64,000 nt of DNA, taken from NCBI RefSeq assembly GCF_006345805.1, contig NC_043002.1, positions 37,634,001 through 37,698,000 of the forward strand, in the 5' to 3' direction. This DNA is from Octopus sinensis. Taxonomy: Eukaryota. The notes under the pieces were generated by a model, which was not told where the DNA came from, made no database searches, and saw nothing but the letters and a program-made list of their open reading frames with translations. Of this stretch, positions 23,151-36,959 are shown one piece after another; position 1 is the first letter of the stretch, and every line of letters starts with the position of its first letter. A program made the translations under genes and the position numbers.

Positions 23151-24957
23151 TAACAGTAATAATGATAATGATGAGGATTTCTTACACAGACACAAAGCAA
23201 AAGGCACTTTAATCGGGGAGAAAAGTCGATTTAATAGATTGATTTGATCTCAGTGTTTTACTTAATTCACCAACTGAAAATTGGTGAGATTTGATCTCAG
23301 TTAAGCAAAATCGACATAAGTAAATAAATACTACTAGACATTTTATACACACACTTCTGTTTCTGCCTTAAATAGAAAATATCATGTGACCAATATAAAC
23401 TGCTTATGTCTTTTTGTTTAGATTTGTTTATTACTGATATGATATTGACCGATTTTAATTTTATTTCACAGCGGGTTACAAAGACTACAGTTTCTGTAAT
23501 TTGTTTGTTGCTATCAAGATCTTGATTACGAAGAGATCATTATGAGAAAAACGCTACTTCGAAAAGAATTTGTGTATTCTATTGATTTTTTGTTTGGGCG
23601 TAATGTTTTGTTTGTTTTAGACAATTCGAAGGAAGTTTTAAATCTCCCAACAGCATGTTTAGAGTAACGACTTTCGGTATTTCTTATCAGATAAACTCAG
23701 CACGTTTCAATACAATATTGATTTATTACAGAAACTAGACCCAATTTTATAGAAATATAACATCGGATGGTTGGTGTGTAAACAGAACTTTAATACTTTA
23801 AATTTGAATGTTGGCTCCTTGGGTAAATAGTTTAAAAAGAAAAGAAAACAAAAAACAGAAACGATATTGACTATAGATGTTTCGGTCGGTTTTGCGAAGA
23901 AAATTTAATTGCAAAATAAAATATTATCATACATTAAGATAATAAATATGTCTCTACTATATTAGCAAATGAAAGTCAAATAAAACAGACTACTTAGAAA
24001 GTAGTGATTAATATCGAAATAGGTCGCTAAAAGTACTGCAAACTTAGAATTGTTAATATACAATAAAAAAAATACAGCAAAGACACTTCTGTCTTTTCAA
24101 CTTGCCACTACGAAATGAAAATATGAAAAGTTCATGAAAGAAAAAGAAAAAGAAAGACGCACAGACAAGTGGGTAACTGTACGTTAGCATATTTGAATAT
24201 AGATATACGAGAGTAAATCATGTGACTGAGACAACAGACGTATGCATTTGAAATTTTCCACTTCAGATCCAGTGTCAGAGAAGTGTAGCACTAGAAAATT
24301 AAATAAATGTACTTTGCGGAGATAATCATCTTTAGATAAATAAATTCTAGAAATTCTATTATAACGACAACAGTAACATTCTGCAATCGCACACTTCAGC
24401 ACAGAAGCATAATGGCAGTATGAATAAAGATGCATAATTTTATTCTCAATACGCTCTGGTAGATTCGAAATAAATATGCTAATCGCTATTGTGTTCGTCA
24501 CATGAGAACAGCTTATTGTTTTTACAATAAGATCTTCATAACACACTCGACTCATTAGTGCAAGGGAAATTGGGAAATCAACGTTTTGACATATGTCTCG
24601 CCAGTCAGAAATACCCAAACCTTTGAGTCAAAAAAAAAAAAAAAAATTAAATAAAGCCAATGACTCTTGTTTATATTTTCTGACTAACAAGACACTACAT
24701 GTCGAAACACTAGTGTCCCAAAGTCCCTTAAGTCGAGTGGTGTTATGAAAACATTGTCGTCAGAAAAAGGAGAAGCTGTTCTTCTGTTACCTAACAGCGA
24801 TAAGCCTATTTACGTTCGAATCTATCGAAACTTATTGTGAGAGTCACCGTTTCAGATTTCATTGATCACAGTGCAAAGGCGATTTAGTAATGTATCGCTT
24901 GCTTTCTTTATTACTTTCCTAATTAATCAGCGTTAGTTTTAATATTTTCCCACTGGA

Positions 24958-25140
24958 AAGCGGTGAGCTGGCAGAATCGTTAGCATTTCGTCCATCTTTA
25001 GGTTCTAAGTTCAAATTTCACCGAGGTCGACTTTGCCTTACGGGGTCCATGAAATAAGTCCTAGTGGAGTACTGGGAACGATGTAATCTACTTACTCCTT
25101 CTCGAAACTGCTGGCTTTGTGCCGGATATGAAACTAATAT
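24958..25140 (+). mobile_element. Old SINE of the 6057 family
   Basis: GCGGTGAGCTGGCAGAATCGTTAGC..AAGTTCAAAT..GAGGTCGACTTTGCC. Confidence 0.75.
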
Positions 25141-25799
25141 TTATCCACAGGTTAAATACTATAACATTACTGTAAGTTCATAAAATATAGATTAAACTTT
25201 TCCATTGCTTACAACGTAGTAGTACACACTCCATTATATTATTTTACGCAGCGTATTTTGAACTATTAGCAACTGAGTTTACTTGTTTAGGACAAAGTCA
25301 TGTTCCCATTGATTTTATGTTGGTTGTTCAGCACTCAGCCAGCTGTGGGTTTTGTTGGGTCAATAGGATAACATCATTTGAGACAAACTCGCAATGTAAT
25401 TTGATAAACTTGTTCTGTCAAGTTTGAGAGAGGTAATTTATTTGTTGTTTAAGTGAATAGTGTAAAAATTAGTTTTCTTATGAAAAGAATGGTGTCTGGG
25501 ATTATAATCACACTATACCGAACAGATCTATTGAAATGGATTCTATGAAAGCTGCTATATATTTTTTTTAATCATTAAAGAGCGATGAATGCATTTACAA
25601 GTTGTGCTCTACGCTGTAAGAGAATAATTTGTGGCTAAACTTTACTGCAATCAGACTATATATTGAGAAAAAATAATATTACTTTTATAATCAGAAAAAC
25701 GTAGTCTATGAACTTCCATTCCGAGCATCATCGACAGAAGTCACGGATGCTACGAAAATTCAGCTTAATACAACTAAGAAAAGACGAAAAAAACCCCAA

Positions 25800-26200
25800 A
25801 AAGCTTGCTTTCCAGCGATGCGGTCTTGCGAAAATGTCTTCTATTAAAACCTCAGGCCGACCAAAGCCTTGTGACTGGATTTGGTCGACGGAAACTGAAA
25901 GAAGCCTGTTGCGTGTATATATACATATATATCCATGTGTGTGCATTTATGTATATACCTATATGTGTATCTTTGGTATTATGTTTCTCCTCTGTCATCA
26001 GTTGAGAAATGTTTTAGGATTTTTCGCCCCGTAACTAAGCTTTTCAGTAAAAAGACCGAGAGATTAGGTACTAAGCTTAAAAATATTAAAAACAGTACTG
26101 AGGTCGATTTGTTCGACTAAACTCCTCCAAGGTGGTGCACCAGTATGGTTGCAGCCCAATGACTGAAGCAAGTAAAAGATAAAAGGTAAAAAGATAAAGG
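25800..26200 (+). mobile_element. Old composite SINE (31491-31951 family)
   Basis: GGCCGACCAAAGCCTTGTGA..GGAAACTGAAAGAAGCC, then CCCCGTAACT..GACTGAAGCAAGTAAAAG tail. Confidence 0.65.
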
Positions 26201-27037
26201 GCTTCGTGTGTGTTCATCAGAAGGAAATAATGAGGACAAGATTACAGAAATCTTAGAAACCTCTGATTTAGACTATCACGTGACATGGATGTTCTTTCTT
26301 ACTGTTGTGGCTGTTTAGCTCTAAGTCTACGTTAGTCCAATTGATCTATGACCTGAGACATTCCAACATTAAACATCGAGTTATTTACAGGACTCTCTTA
26401 GAAACGTTATTATACAATGCGTTCTAACATTTTTTTTTAAGATGACAAAATGGGATTTGAAAGAAAAATTACTGGTGTTTCTAGCAGATGAAAAGTTTTT
26501 CTAGAAGTATTACAAAGCACGAGAATAATCTTCTCTGAGGATTGAAACGGATTTGTAATCTGGTTTCACTGAGAGATCCCCATCACCGTATTCAACATTA
26601 ATACAAAGAACAGACGTCAATTTATTCTAGTATATATTTTAAAAAAATATCTAGAATAGGGAGGTATTCCACAAAGGGATTATCCAATAGATTCATTTTA
26701 TAATGACACGAGGACATGGATTTCTGCAGAATTGTGTTAAGATTATATGATATTCATACTGATATTAAGTGGTATCAGTAAAGCAGATAATAGTGAATAC
26801 TAAAACGAGTTGTTGAACTTTGCTCACACAAAATTTTGTGCTGAAGATCACGGCACAGAAAAAGTATCCGTTGCAGACACATTGTAGGAATGCGAAGGCT
26901 TACGCACACGCATACATACTTAGTCTCGCACATAGAACCAAGCAAATTACTTATGAATGCATATGATTATTATTATCCGAATAAAAATATTAACAAAAAT
27001 ACTTGATTAACATGTTTATATGCACTTATGTATATGC

Positions 27038-27086
<49 letters not shown>

Positions 27087-27887
27087 TAAATAAAATAAAA
27101 CATATGCATATATATAAACATATATGTACGTACCTACCTCTACATATACATATACACGCATATATGAGTACAGGACACCAAAAGGACGTCGAATACAATG
27201 AGAAACGAAAACATAGACACAAACCAAAGGAACTGGACATTTTTTTAAAAACAACAAAACAACAAAAAACTTGAGTTCAGGACAATTAACACAAAAAAAC
27301 CCCTTCTTCAGTCGCTATGGTTTCATCTACTCTACGTTTCGAAGGATAAAATCGAGACGTATCTTCGACAAGAAACTTTCCTTCCTGCGAAAAGCAAATC
27401 AATTAAAATTCTGAGATCTTTTCGCAGAGGGGTAAAAAATGGTAAAAAAAAATTGGTAAAAAAACATGACAGTAACGACAGTACAAAATATAAACAGTAA
27501 AAGACAGGACAGGGAAAAACAAGATAAGAAAGGCTGTTGACGCCGAACGAAAACAAGTATTGCGAAAGCAGAATGTTTTATGAACGACAGAGGAGCAAGA
27601 AGAATGTCGTCCATTACCTTGAAAGGCCAGGCCAGAAAGACAGTCAGAGCGGAAGTATCGTTGCGGGTGAACGACAGGAAGGAGGGAGGAGGAGCAAGAG
27701 AAAGGGAGAGAAGAAGGGGAATGGCTGCGAGGAAACCATGAAGAATTATGAGGGGGAGAGAGAGAGTGAAGAATGAGAAAGAGGAAGAGACAAGTTAAGC
27801 AGAGGAAAAGGAAATCAAAGAAGGAAGGCTAAGAAAGGGATGGGACAGAAAGGTGAAGAGTGCGCGTCAGAGTTAATATCAAGACCA

Positions 27888-27938
<51 letters not shown>

Positions 27939-27947
27939 TGTGTGTGT

Positions 27948-28160
27948 ATTCTTTTATTCTTTTATTTCAGTCATTTGAGTGCAGCCATGCTGGAGCACTG
28001 CCTTTAATCGATCGAATCGACCCCAGGACTTAATCATTGTAAGCCAAGTAATTATTCTATCGCTCTTTTTCGCCGAAACGCTAAGTTACGGGGACGTAAA
28101 TACACCAACATTGGTTGTCAAGCGATGGTGGAGAAACAAACACAGGCACCCAAATACATA

Positions 28161-28220
<60 letters not shown>

Positions 28221-28325
28221 CGACGGGCTTCTTTTAGTTTCCGTTCACCAAATCATCGCACAAGGCTTTGCTCGACCCGAGGGTCTAGTAGAATACACTT
28301 GCCCAAGGTTCCACGCAGTGGCATT
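27948..28325 (-). mobile_element. Composite SINE, head truncated
   Basis: TATTCTTTTATTCTTT..CAGTCATTTGAGTGCAGCCATGCTGGAGCAC..ACACTTGCCCAAGGTTCCACGCAGTG. Confidence 0.75.
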
Positions 28326-29289
28326 GAAGAAAAATTAAATCGTCGCTCACACCAGGCTCACACACACACATGTATGTGCGTGTGTAAGTGTATGTGTATC
28401 TATTTATCTATCTATCTATCTATCTATTTATCTGTCTGTCTATTTTTTTGCCTCCTCATTCTCTCCCTCTCTTTCTCTCTCTCTCTCATATATATATTTA
28501 GATACATATATATATATGTACATGTTGTTTGTTTTCGTCACTGGCCTCAACGTTGCGTCACTATTCCCTGCAGCTTTTTAAAACTGCTGACGCAACCAAA
28601 ATTGAATAATATAATCGTTAAAGGCGTAAAATTGTAAGGAATTTTTAACGATAACCGACGTGTGTCTATTCCGTTCGTTCCTGTATCGTGCATCTGTTTA
28701 ATTTTTGAAACTTATTCAGCGTAACACCACGCATCCATATATATATATTTGTTCCGTCTAAACAGCAGTGTACATACATACATACATACATACATTTATA
28801 CATACATACATACATACGTAAATATATACATTCACAGACACATACACACACATATACCGTACGTGTATTACAAAACTAAAGGCCGGTATAAACACACTGC
28901 AATAAATATGAAGATCATAAAAACATAAAAAACGATGCTGATATTAGAAACGCGTGCGCGCTGGCACACACTCATGATTAACATGTATAGATAGACAAAT
29001 ATATATTTATATAAGTATGTGTATGCCTGAGTGTGTGCACGTGCACGTGCTTACATGTGCGTATGAGTGTAAGAATCAGGACCGATTCTAGGGATTTAAT
29101 CTTGATCTTGGAAATTTCAAAATCAAACCCATTTAATTGAAGTCGGGTACATAGAGCAGTGTGTACCCACTTTCCAGCTGTGTCTCTTAAAATGAAAGAT
29201 TTGTATTAAAACCAGGTTTAGTATTTTCGTTCAGGTTTTTATATCTGAGCCACGCATTAGATTCATAGTATTCGTTATTGAAACGCCAC

Positions 29290-29347
29290 TCATACATGCA
29301 TACACACATAAATACATACATAAATACATATATACACACACACATAG

Positions 29348-29389
<42 letters not shown>

Positions 29390-29415
29390 TATATGTTTAT
29401 ATATATATATGTATG

Positions 29416-29447
<32 letters not shown>

Positions 29448-29663
29448 AATATATATATGTATATAAATATACATGTATCTATATATATAAATATGTGCGT
29501 ATGTGTAAGATATGTATGTATATGTATATACGTACATACGTATGCATATATGCATATATATACGTGAATGCGTGTATACATATATATGTGTATATTAAAA
29601 ATATATGTATATTTGTGTGAATTTATATACATACACACATACATATATATATGTGTGCGAGTG

Positions 29664-29718
<55 letters not shown>

Positions 29719-29870
29719 TATATATAGATATGTATATACGTATACATATATCTTAAACATATATGTAGAAAATACACATGCATCAGTGCTCGTATGTGCA
29801 CACATATGTGCATGCATATTACATAAGTAGTCTTCAACATATAGAAACCTAAGTTCACATACACATGAAA
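29290..29870. repeat. Degenerate TA/CA/TATG low-complexity field
   Basis: Directly visible. Confidence 0.9.
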
Positions 29871-30334
29871 TGCATTTACATATGTATTGCAAAGCTGTCA
29901 AGTCGAATGGATTTTGCAACATTTCGGAATTTATTCTCTTTCAGATGGCATCCTATGTTAGTGCACAGCAAATCTGCCAGTATTCATTTATGTATGTGCA
30001 TGTATGTTTGTTTTCATGCATACATGCATGTATGTATGCTTATTACTTTTCTTCTTCAATTATTTCGATTTTTTTCCTATAAGGAAAGAACTGGTTCCAA
30101 ACAAAGAAACAAAGCTTTATTCCTGGATAACAAAAACGATGTGTTACGTATTGACTTTTAGAAAATTCTTGCATATTTTTACTGTACCACATACAGATTA
30201 TATTTCCAAAGTGAGCATTGGCTGGACATTTTCATTTCTCTAAAAGCCTAACTTTTCAATTACTATACAATATATATATATATATATACACACACACATA
30301 CACACAAACACACACACACACATATATATATATA

Positions 30335-30415
<81 letters not shown>

Positions 30416-30489
30416 CAATATGTGACCTCGTGTGTATCGTTGGCGATTTTTTTCCTCCGTCTCCCCTTCCTTGGAAATTTTCTTTCTCT

Positions 30490-30529
30490 ATGATTCTGAC
30501 GAAGAGCTCCGCTCGAAACGTTAAATCGT
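30490..30529 (+). ncRNA. Minimal type I hammerhead ribozyme motif
   Basis: Stem I ATGATT/AATCGT (one bulged A); core CTGACGA (30496-30502); extra A; stem II GAGC-TCC-GCTC; GAAA; palindromic stem III AC/GT; NUH = GUU. Lies in a ~210-bp unit (30413-30622) between TA tracts. Confidence 0.75.
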
Positions 30530-31458
30530 CCTTCTTTCTTTCCTTTCCTGAGCGTCCACTAACACTATACTTGTTCCACGTCCTCGCGTTGTTTTCTCTT
30601 TGTGTTTCATGCTTGGATTAACTATATATACATACATGTATATATATAATATATATATATATATAACGGGAAGCTTTACGAAAATAAACAAAAGACGAAG
30701 GCAGATGGAGTACAAACAAACAATGTATTATATATATATATATATATACTATATATATATATATATATATATATTACTATATATACTATTCTTATGTATG
30801 CATGCATATATACTGTAAGGTCTAACATGCAATGCAGTGTGTTAAAAACATGCAATTAATTGGCATTATCCAACTAATTATTTGACAAAAACTCCCTGTT
30901 GACAGCCTAAAAATCGAATACAATAATCAAGGTCAGTTAATCGAAATATATATCGACAGTGCTCATAATAAATGTTGGAGTGGGTTTGATTTTCAACTTC
31001 AGCTGGATTATTTAACCCCTTCAGCATGGATGAAAATTTTACTGAATCGGTAAGTTTAAGAGTATTCATTATGCATAAAAGTAAGGGGAATTGTCAGGTA
31101 GTTTCATGGATAATCACAGTTGATTTCATAACTCACGATATTTCATAGTATAATCCTTATTTGTATTAATATGTCAAACTTTCCTCTTAGTCTGTGAATT
31201 CCGACATCTGTATTACTGACGTTATGTTTTCCTGAATAACACTGACACCGGGGTGACATTAGTGAAGCACACAAGACAGAAAGTGTTTGGACAAAGAATA
31301 GTTTATTCTACCACTCTCAGAGGTTCTGTCAAGAGCGACAGGCTTTGTTTCTTCTCTGGCGAGGTGCGAAAACTTTCTGTAATTTCTCTGATTGTTTAAG
31401 TGTTTCGGTCATTCCACAAACAAGGGAAAAACATAAAACGTTGTAAATTAATTACATT

Positions 31459-31490
<32 letters not shown>

Positions 31491-31492
<2 letters not shown>

Positions 31493-31951
31493 TCTTTTAT
31501 TCTTTTATTTGTTTCAGTCATTTGACTGCGGCCATGCTGGAGCACCGCCTTTAGTCGAACAAATCATGACATATTCTTTATAATCCTAGTACTTATTCCA
31601 TCGGTCTCTTACGGGGATGTAAACACAGCATCGGTTGTCAAGAGATGGTGGTGGGAGGGACAAACAAAGACACACAAACTCAAACACACACACACACACA
31701 CAAACTCAAACACACACACACACACACACACAAACGCACACATACACACAAACACACAAACACACACACACACACACACACACATATATGTATATACGAC
31801 GGGCTTCTTTCAGTTTACGTCTACCAACTCCACTCACAAGGCTTTGGCTGGTCCGAGACTATAGTAGAAGACACTTGCCTAAGGTGCCACGCAGAACCCG
31901 GAACCTAGTGGTTGAGAAGCAAGCTACTTACCGCACAGCCACTCCTGCGCC
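31491..31951 (-). mobile_element. Full-length composite tRNA/CORE-like SINE with internal (CA)n
   Basis: Minus strand: GGCGCAGGAGTGGCTGTGCGGTAAG head, GGTTCCGGGTTC B-box-like, ACCTTAGGCAAGTGTCTT CORE-like, microsatellite, then tail ..GACTGAAACAAATAAAAGAATAAAAGAAT. Confidence 0.85.
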
Positions 31952-32168
31952 TATATATATTTATGAGTATATATATTTATGTATACACATTTATATAAGT
32001 GTATGTGTGCCAATGTGTGTGTGAGTGTATATATATATATATATATGCACACAAACACGCACACACACACTCACACACATATATATATATATACATATGT
32101 ATGTGTATACATATATATTTATGTGTAAATATATACAAGTACGCATGTATGTATACACATATACATGC

Positions 32169-32205
<37 letters not shown>

Positions 32206-32859
32206 TACGTATGTATATTTATATATTTATACACACATATATATGTATGTATGTTTATATGAATAACCAAGGCTTTACGTTTCTTAGTATGCTTTGTTGG
32301 TAATATAGATAAAATAGATAGCAAGTAGGAGCGTTTGCAATATGTCGACGGCTGTTACTCTGTAGATACAAAGATAATAGTTTTAACACATTTCACGTTA
32401 TAGGAAGTGTTTACATGGATTAATATTGTCAGCGACTGTTTAAATGGAGACACGTCAATAAGGTTTTATAAAGTTTTCTTTCCAGGTCTTTTAAATCAAT
32501 ATTGTACATAGCAAATTCAATTGATTGTCACAGTTTACAGCTCTCTTCTTCTCTCTGTCTCTCTCTGTCTCTGTCTCTCTCTCGTAAATCCTTTTTTATG
32601 CATTTGGCTGGAAAAAATAAACGGCCAGCTTTCTGATTAAGCGGTAGAGAAGAATTTTTATTTACTTTGTTAAAAATGTGACGATACTGAATTCAATGAC
32701 ACAGTGTGCGGTGATGTGACAGTACTTGATATATATATATATATATATATATTGATATATATAGATATATATAGCCATTTAGATATATATATATAAATAT
32801 ATGCATATGTATATATATAGAGAAATATATATTTATAAATATATGTATATGTTGATATA

Positions 32860-32904
<45 letters not shown>

Positions 32905-32924
32905 TACATGTATATGTATATACA

Positions 32925-34074
32925 CAAACATGCAGGAAGTAAATAGAGAACTTTAATTTTCAAAATCTTTTATTTAATGCGCAAAGCGAACAATTGAAAT
33001 GTAATCGATAGGTAGGACTACATACTTTAGTATTTAGTTGACATTCCCTTTGCAGTTTTTAATTAAGAAACTCTTTTTTGGCATTGAACTGATGAGCTTT
33101 GTGATTATCTCTTGTGGAATTTCTGCCCACTTTTCACGCAACAATTGAAACAATTCATCTTTATATTTAGGTTTTTATTGAGTTTATCGTATAGCTCTAT
33201 CTAGTATGCTCCAAAGATTTTCATTTGCGTTCATGTCAGGAGATTTGCTTGGCTAAGGAAGCTTTTTGATCGCATTTTCAGTCAACCATTGTTGATTCCT
33301 TTTCGTTGTGTGGTATGAAGCCCCATCTTCCATGAATAAAAACTCATTTTACGCTATGTTATCGTGTGAAGACATTGAAGTAGTGCTTGCTTACGTATTT
33401 CGATATATTTTTCAGAGTTTATGGTTCCAACACATTCGATCAGCTCAGAACGACCATTGCTGGTGACAGCTCCCCATATCATTGCAGAGATACCGCCATG
33501 GCTGGAGTCGTTTCAAATTAAATTCTTGATTGGGAAGCCTCCAGACCCAAACACGTCCACTGTCTGAAAATAATGCAAATCTAAATTCACCTGAGAAAAT
33601 CACTCTATCCCAAAATGAATTGGACTTTTCTGACATCTCCTTAACCCATTTCTTTCTTTTCATGATATTAATTCGTTGAAGGAGAGCTTTTCTTCTAGCT
33701 GCTCGTCCATAATACCCAAGCTTATGCAGATATGTAACACACGTTCTTGTCCCAACTTTTGGCTGTTTTGCAATGACAGAAGCCTTCGAATGGGATTCGT
33801 TTTCCACAATTCTCTTCAAACAGCGAAGCTTCCATTTCGAGGATCCAGGTCGGCCGGGACGAGAATCTGTTGATTCTTTTCCTTGGATTTTGAATTGCAC
33901 TATAATTCTATTGACATTAGCAAGAGGAATTTGAAGATTTTCGGCAATTTTTCGCTGGCTAAGACCGGCCTCAGATTGCCCAACAATGCGACATCTTTGA
34001 AAATCTGACAGTTCTGCTGAAATCTTTTGCGTGTGGCATGGTTACGCTTCGCAAATGTTTAAGGTAATATATAT

Positions 34075-34128
<54 letters not shown>

Positions 34129-34255
34129 ACACACACGCACACACACACACGAACCACTTATTATTGTTTGAAATAGTTTGATTGGCTCCATGTGATTTTA
34201 AGTTATAGGGTTTTTCATCTTGCGTTCTGTTAAAATGCATTTACTTCATACATAT
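32925..34255 (-). mobile_element. Tc1-family DNA transposon, defective (copy 1)
   Basis: [37 protein letters not shown], plus FMEDGA and SPDMNA..ENLWS motifs further along; homologous to 56320-57390. The 5' boundary beyond the (CA)n is tentative. Confidence 0.9.
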
Positions 34256-34302
34256 GCATGTATACATTTATGCATAGATGTCTTCATAAATATATATATA
34301 TA

Positions 34303-34941
34303 CTAGTATAACTGTGCCCTCAGAAATGACGGTATGAAAATGATTACAGAAGATAAAATTAAAATAAAAACATTACAACCTTTATCACAGTAATTATTTC
34401 AACACTGTTTCTAGTGCAAACGCTACCAGAAATGAGTTCACCTTGTTTTGGATGGTCCGTTTCAGTATTAATAAAATCTTCCATTATTTCTCTTCTTTGT
34501 GCTGCTTCATCTTCCGTTTCATCTCGTCCCCTTTGCGATACTCTCATTCTTAGATATTCTCGCCACGTTGCTGCTTGCTCTTCTGTTTCATCTTGCTTTT
34601 GTGCTGCTCTCCCTTTGGATATCTCTCCTTTGTGCAATTAAGTGCCTCTATTCATTTTGACGTCTTCGGGCCTTTCTTCTTACGTCTTGCGCACGTCTCT
34701 CTTGCCTCACTTCTTGTGATTGATTTAATAACCTTGATGTATTGTTTAATCTTCTTGCGTCCAGTTCCTCCTGAGTAGGACTGGCTGCTCGCCGTCTTTG
34801 TCTCTCACTGGTTACCCGTCGCCTTTTGTCTCTCACTGGTTACCCGTCGCCTTTCGTCTCATTCATTCTCCATAGCAGGTGGATGAGTATATTTAATGCA
34901 ACGGAACACAAACTTCAAAACAAATGAGTATATATTTGAGT

Positions 34942-34983
<42 letters not shown>

Positions 34984-35130
34984 GTGTACGTTATTTTGTT
35001 TATAATTCTATACGTAACCATACAAAGTCCAAAATTACCCAGGATTACATTACCCAGGCATACACACAGAGACTTATTATTTTTTCAGCAACGTCTACGT
35101 GTTCCGTCTGTCTATCTGCCTGTCTGTCTG

Positions 35131-35164
<34 letters not shown>

Positions 35165-35623
35165 GCTCACACACACACACTCTACTCTATCGTCTGAAAC
35201 GGGAAAAGATCTTCCTGACTAACCTCACCGCCTCGGCAAATTTCTTCATTCATAAATATTTACAAACATCACTGTATCAGCAATTATTTGTAAATATTTA
35301 TAATTGACTTCCTTTTATATTTAGCTTTCTTTAAACAGACAATATTATCAAGCTTTCTTTCAACAGACAATATTTTAATTTCTTGACTTAGAAATTACTA
35401 CGTATTTACTTATCTTAATCTTCTATTAACTTTACAAACTTTTTAAGCAGAAAAAATCTTCCAGAACAGTCAAACATCCATAGAGATACAGAAAAATAAA
35501 ATTTAAGGGGCAAAAATCTTACTTATATTCAGTACTGTTATTAATGTTTACCAGATAAAAATCAACATTCATCGAATAAAAATGAAAATGCTGTTGTTGA
35601 GAGAGAGAGAGAAAGAGAGAGAG

Positions 35624-35656
<33 letters not shown>

Positions 35657-35810
35657 TGAGAGGGAGGGAGGCAGACAGAAAAAATTGAGAGAGAGTGAGG
35701 GAAAAAAGAAAGAGTGTGTGTGCGTCTGTAGATATATATATGGAGTGAGAGAAAGTGAGAGAGAAGGAGCATTCATCAATAAAGTGAAAATATTTTTGAG
35801 AGAGAAAGAA

Positions 35811-35841
<31 letters not shown>

Positions 35842-35990
35842 AAGAGAGAGCGAGGCGTTGTTTGATACCGCTCCCTCTGTCATTGTTATTACCATTTTGT
35901 GTCCTCTTTTTTACTCTTACTCTGCTGTTACCTTATTGTGTAATTTGGGACAAATTTACAAACAAGGTCACTATTATAATATTATATATA
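34303..35990 (-). mobile_element. Non-autonomous Helitron with remnant of a charged N-terminal ORF
   Basis: 3' end on the minus strand: hairpin CCGTCA-TTTC-TGAGGG, 10 nt, CTAG|T (CTAG at 34303-34306). R/E/Q-rich ORF remnants lie at 34359-34836. The 5' end near the TA tract at ~35990 (..TAATATTATAATAGTGACC) is uncertain. Confidence 0.55.
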
Positions 35991-36035
35991 TATATATATA
36001 TAATATATATATATATATACATTCTTTCTCTTACT

Positions 36036-36094
<59 letters not shown>

Positions 36095-36165
36095 GGTCCC
36101 GGGTTGAGTCGGGGTTAACCACAGTAAATAAGGTACTCAATACATAGCAGAGTATAAAATAAATA

Positions 36166-36204
<39 letters not shown>

Positions 36205-36288
36205 GGAATAATTGTAAAAATGCAGAATGCTCGATTGAAAGAAAATTTTAATGAAATGAAAAAATGAAAAAATATATAAATATATATT

Positions 36289-36330
36289 TATTCAAACCGG
36301 CTTTCGTCATAGTTTGACTTATCAAGAATA
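36289..36330 (-). ncRNA. Minimal type I hammerhead ribozyme, U3-A8 core variant (sense pLTR)
   Basis: Minus strand: TATTC | TTGATAA | GTCA-AACTA-TGAC | GAA | AGC-CG-GTT | T | GAATA. Stems I (5 bp), II (4 bp) and III (3 bp) all pair. Confidence 0.75.
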
Positions 36331-36959
36331 GTTAGGTGAAAAGGTTTTTTAAAAACGAGAAAGGGGAAAAAAAGTTGCATTGTTTTTTGCAAAAGAATAA
36401 TAATAAATACGTATAAAAATTAAAAAATAAGTACTCCGATACATTGTGAGTTCGTTGTGTATCTTGAGTTTAATGATTGTTCATGAAAAAATTACCTTGA
36501 GGTATTAGGATCCAATGGGATTAAGGCCATGTGTTGTTTGGTTTAATTTAGGATGTTGGCAAAACAGGAAGTAGTAGTAATTGTGGTTCTTCAGTTCCTG
36601 TGTTGTGAATAAGGGGAGACAACTCTTTTGAGTTCTTCAATAAAAGCTGCTGATAAACCCCAAGTTATAAAATTGTCATTTTAGCTTCATATGCATTATC
36701 TTTTTTATATAATTGTTTGTTAATTTAACTTTCAGATTTTAACACTTTATTTATATTATTTTCTAATTATATAAATTTGCATAGACAATTGTATTTCAGA
36801 TTGTTATATCATAAATAATAAAGATGATGGTAATAACAACAATAGTAAAAATGATATTTAAAGAGTATAAGGTTTTGCTTGAAGTGATGAATCTATGGTA
36901 TCCTTATATATGTGTGTGAGTCCATCCATGAAGAATGAGGTAGAAAAGGGAAGTTTGAT

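Noticed and set aside
23472-23823. Possible exon after ATTTTATTTCACAG
   Set aside because: Stops in all frames, no convincing donor, and only short ORFs.
27325-27375. Minus-strand TTGTCGAAG..CGAAACGTA hammerhead-like motif
   Set aside because: Two non-compensatory core changes and no coherent stem II.
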